Assembly: GCF_006345805.1 (NCBI RefSeq)
Contig: NC_043003.1
Span: 66,402,001 to 66,466,000 of the forward strand
Length of the DNA: 64,000 nucleotides
Direction of reading: 5' to 3'
From: Octopus sinensis
Taxonomy: Eukaryota
The notes under the pieces were generated by a model, which saw nothing but the letters and a program-made list of their open reading frames with translations, was not told the DNA's origin and did not search any database. Positions 63,837-64,000 of this stretch are shown in pieces (within the stretch, counting starts at the first letter, position 1; the number at the start of each line of letters is the position of its first letter). The position numbers and the translations under genes are program-made.

Positions 63837-64000
63837 CGTATACACAGGATTTAAAGTTAAGTTTAAATTAAATTATGTAACGATTTACCTGTATAAGAAG
63901 ATCTATATGAATCTCCTCAGGTGATACTCATTTGGTGTCTTATACAGGAAAATCGTTACATAATTTAATTTAAGCTTAACTTTAAAGCTCTGTATATACG
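63837..64000. repeat. Foldback with ~62-bp arms and a 39-bp spacer (may extend past the window end)
   Basis: 63837-63898 is approximately the reverse complement of 63938-64000 (tttaaagttaag.ttaaattaaattatgtaacgattt.cctgtataaga). Confidence 0.85.

Overview
AT-rich eukaryotic non-coding DNA (intergenic or deep intron). It is most likely from an octopod cephalopod (Octopus); this is inferred from recall of the SINE families and the microsatellite load, not from a search. I found no intact protein-coding gene, rRNA, true tRNA or CRISPR array, and almost all long ORFs in the track are microsatellite read-throughs. The window is a mosaic of: (TA)n/(ATT)n/(TACA)n/(GAT)n microsatellites; at least five tRNA-derived SINE families, one forming head-to-tail multimers; decayed LINEs (Tx1/L1, CR1-like, RTE, R4/Dong, HERO-like and another RLE-type); three mariner-derived elements; and MITEs. 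The feature not explained by protein-level annotation is a dense set of type I hammerhead ribozyme (HHR) motifs of the Penelope-like-element kind. Two are fully canonical (21958-22043 +, 38567-38646 -), one is near-canonical (17500-17559 +), three have intact cores with damaged stems, and several are relics or non-canonical variants. Several sit inside short inverted-repeat elements next to (TA)n, and in one case the inverted arm is antisense to the ribozyme itself. Ribozyme activity, family assignments and novelty are untested. Coordinates of decayed repeats are approximate (about +/-10-20 bp); HHR and inverted-repeat coordinates were counted base by base.
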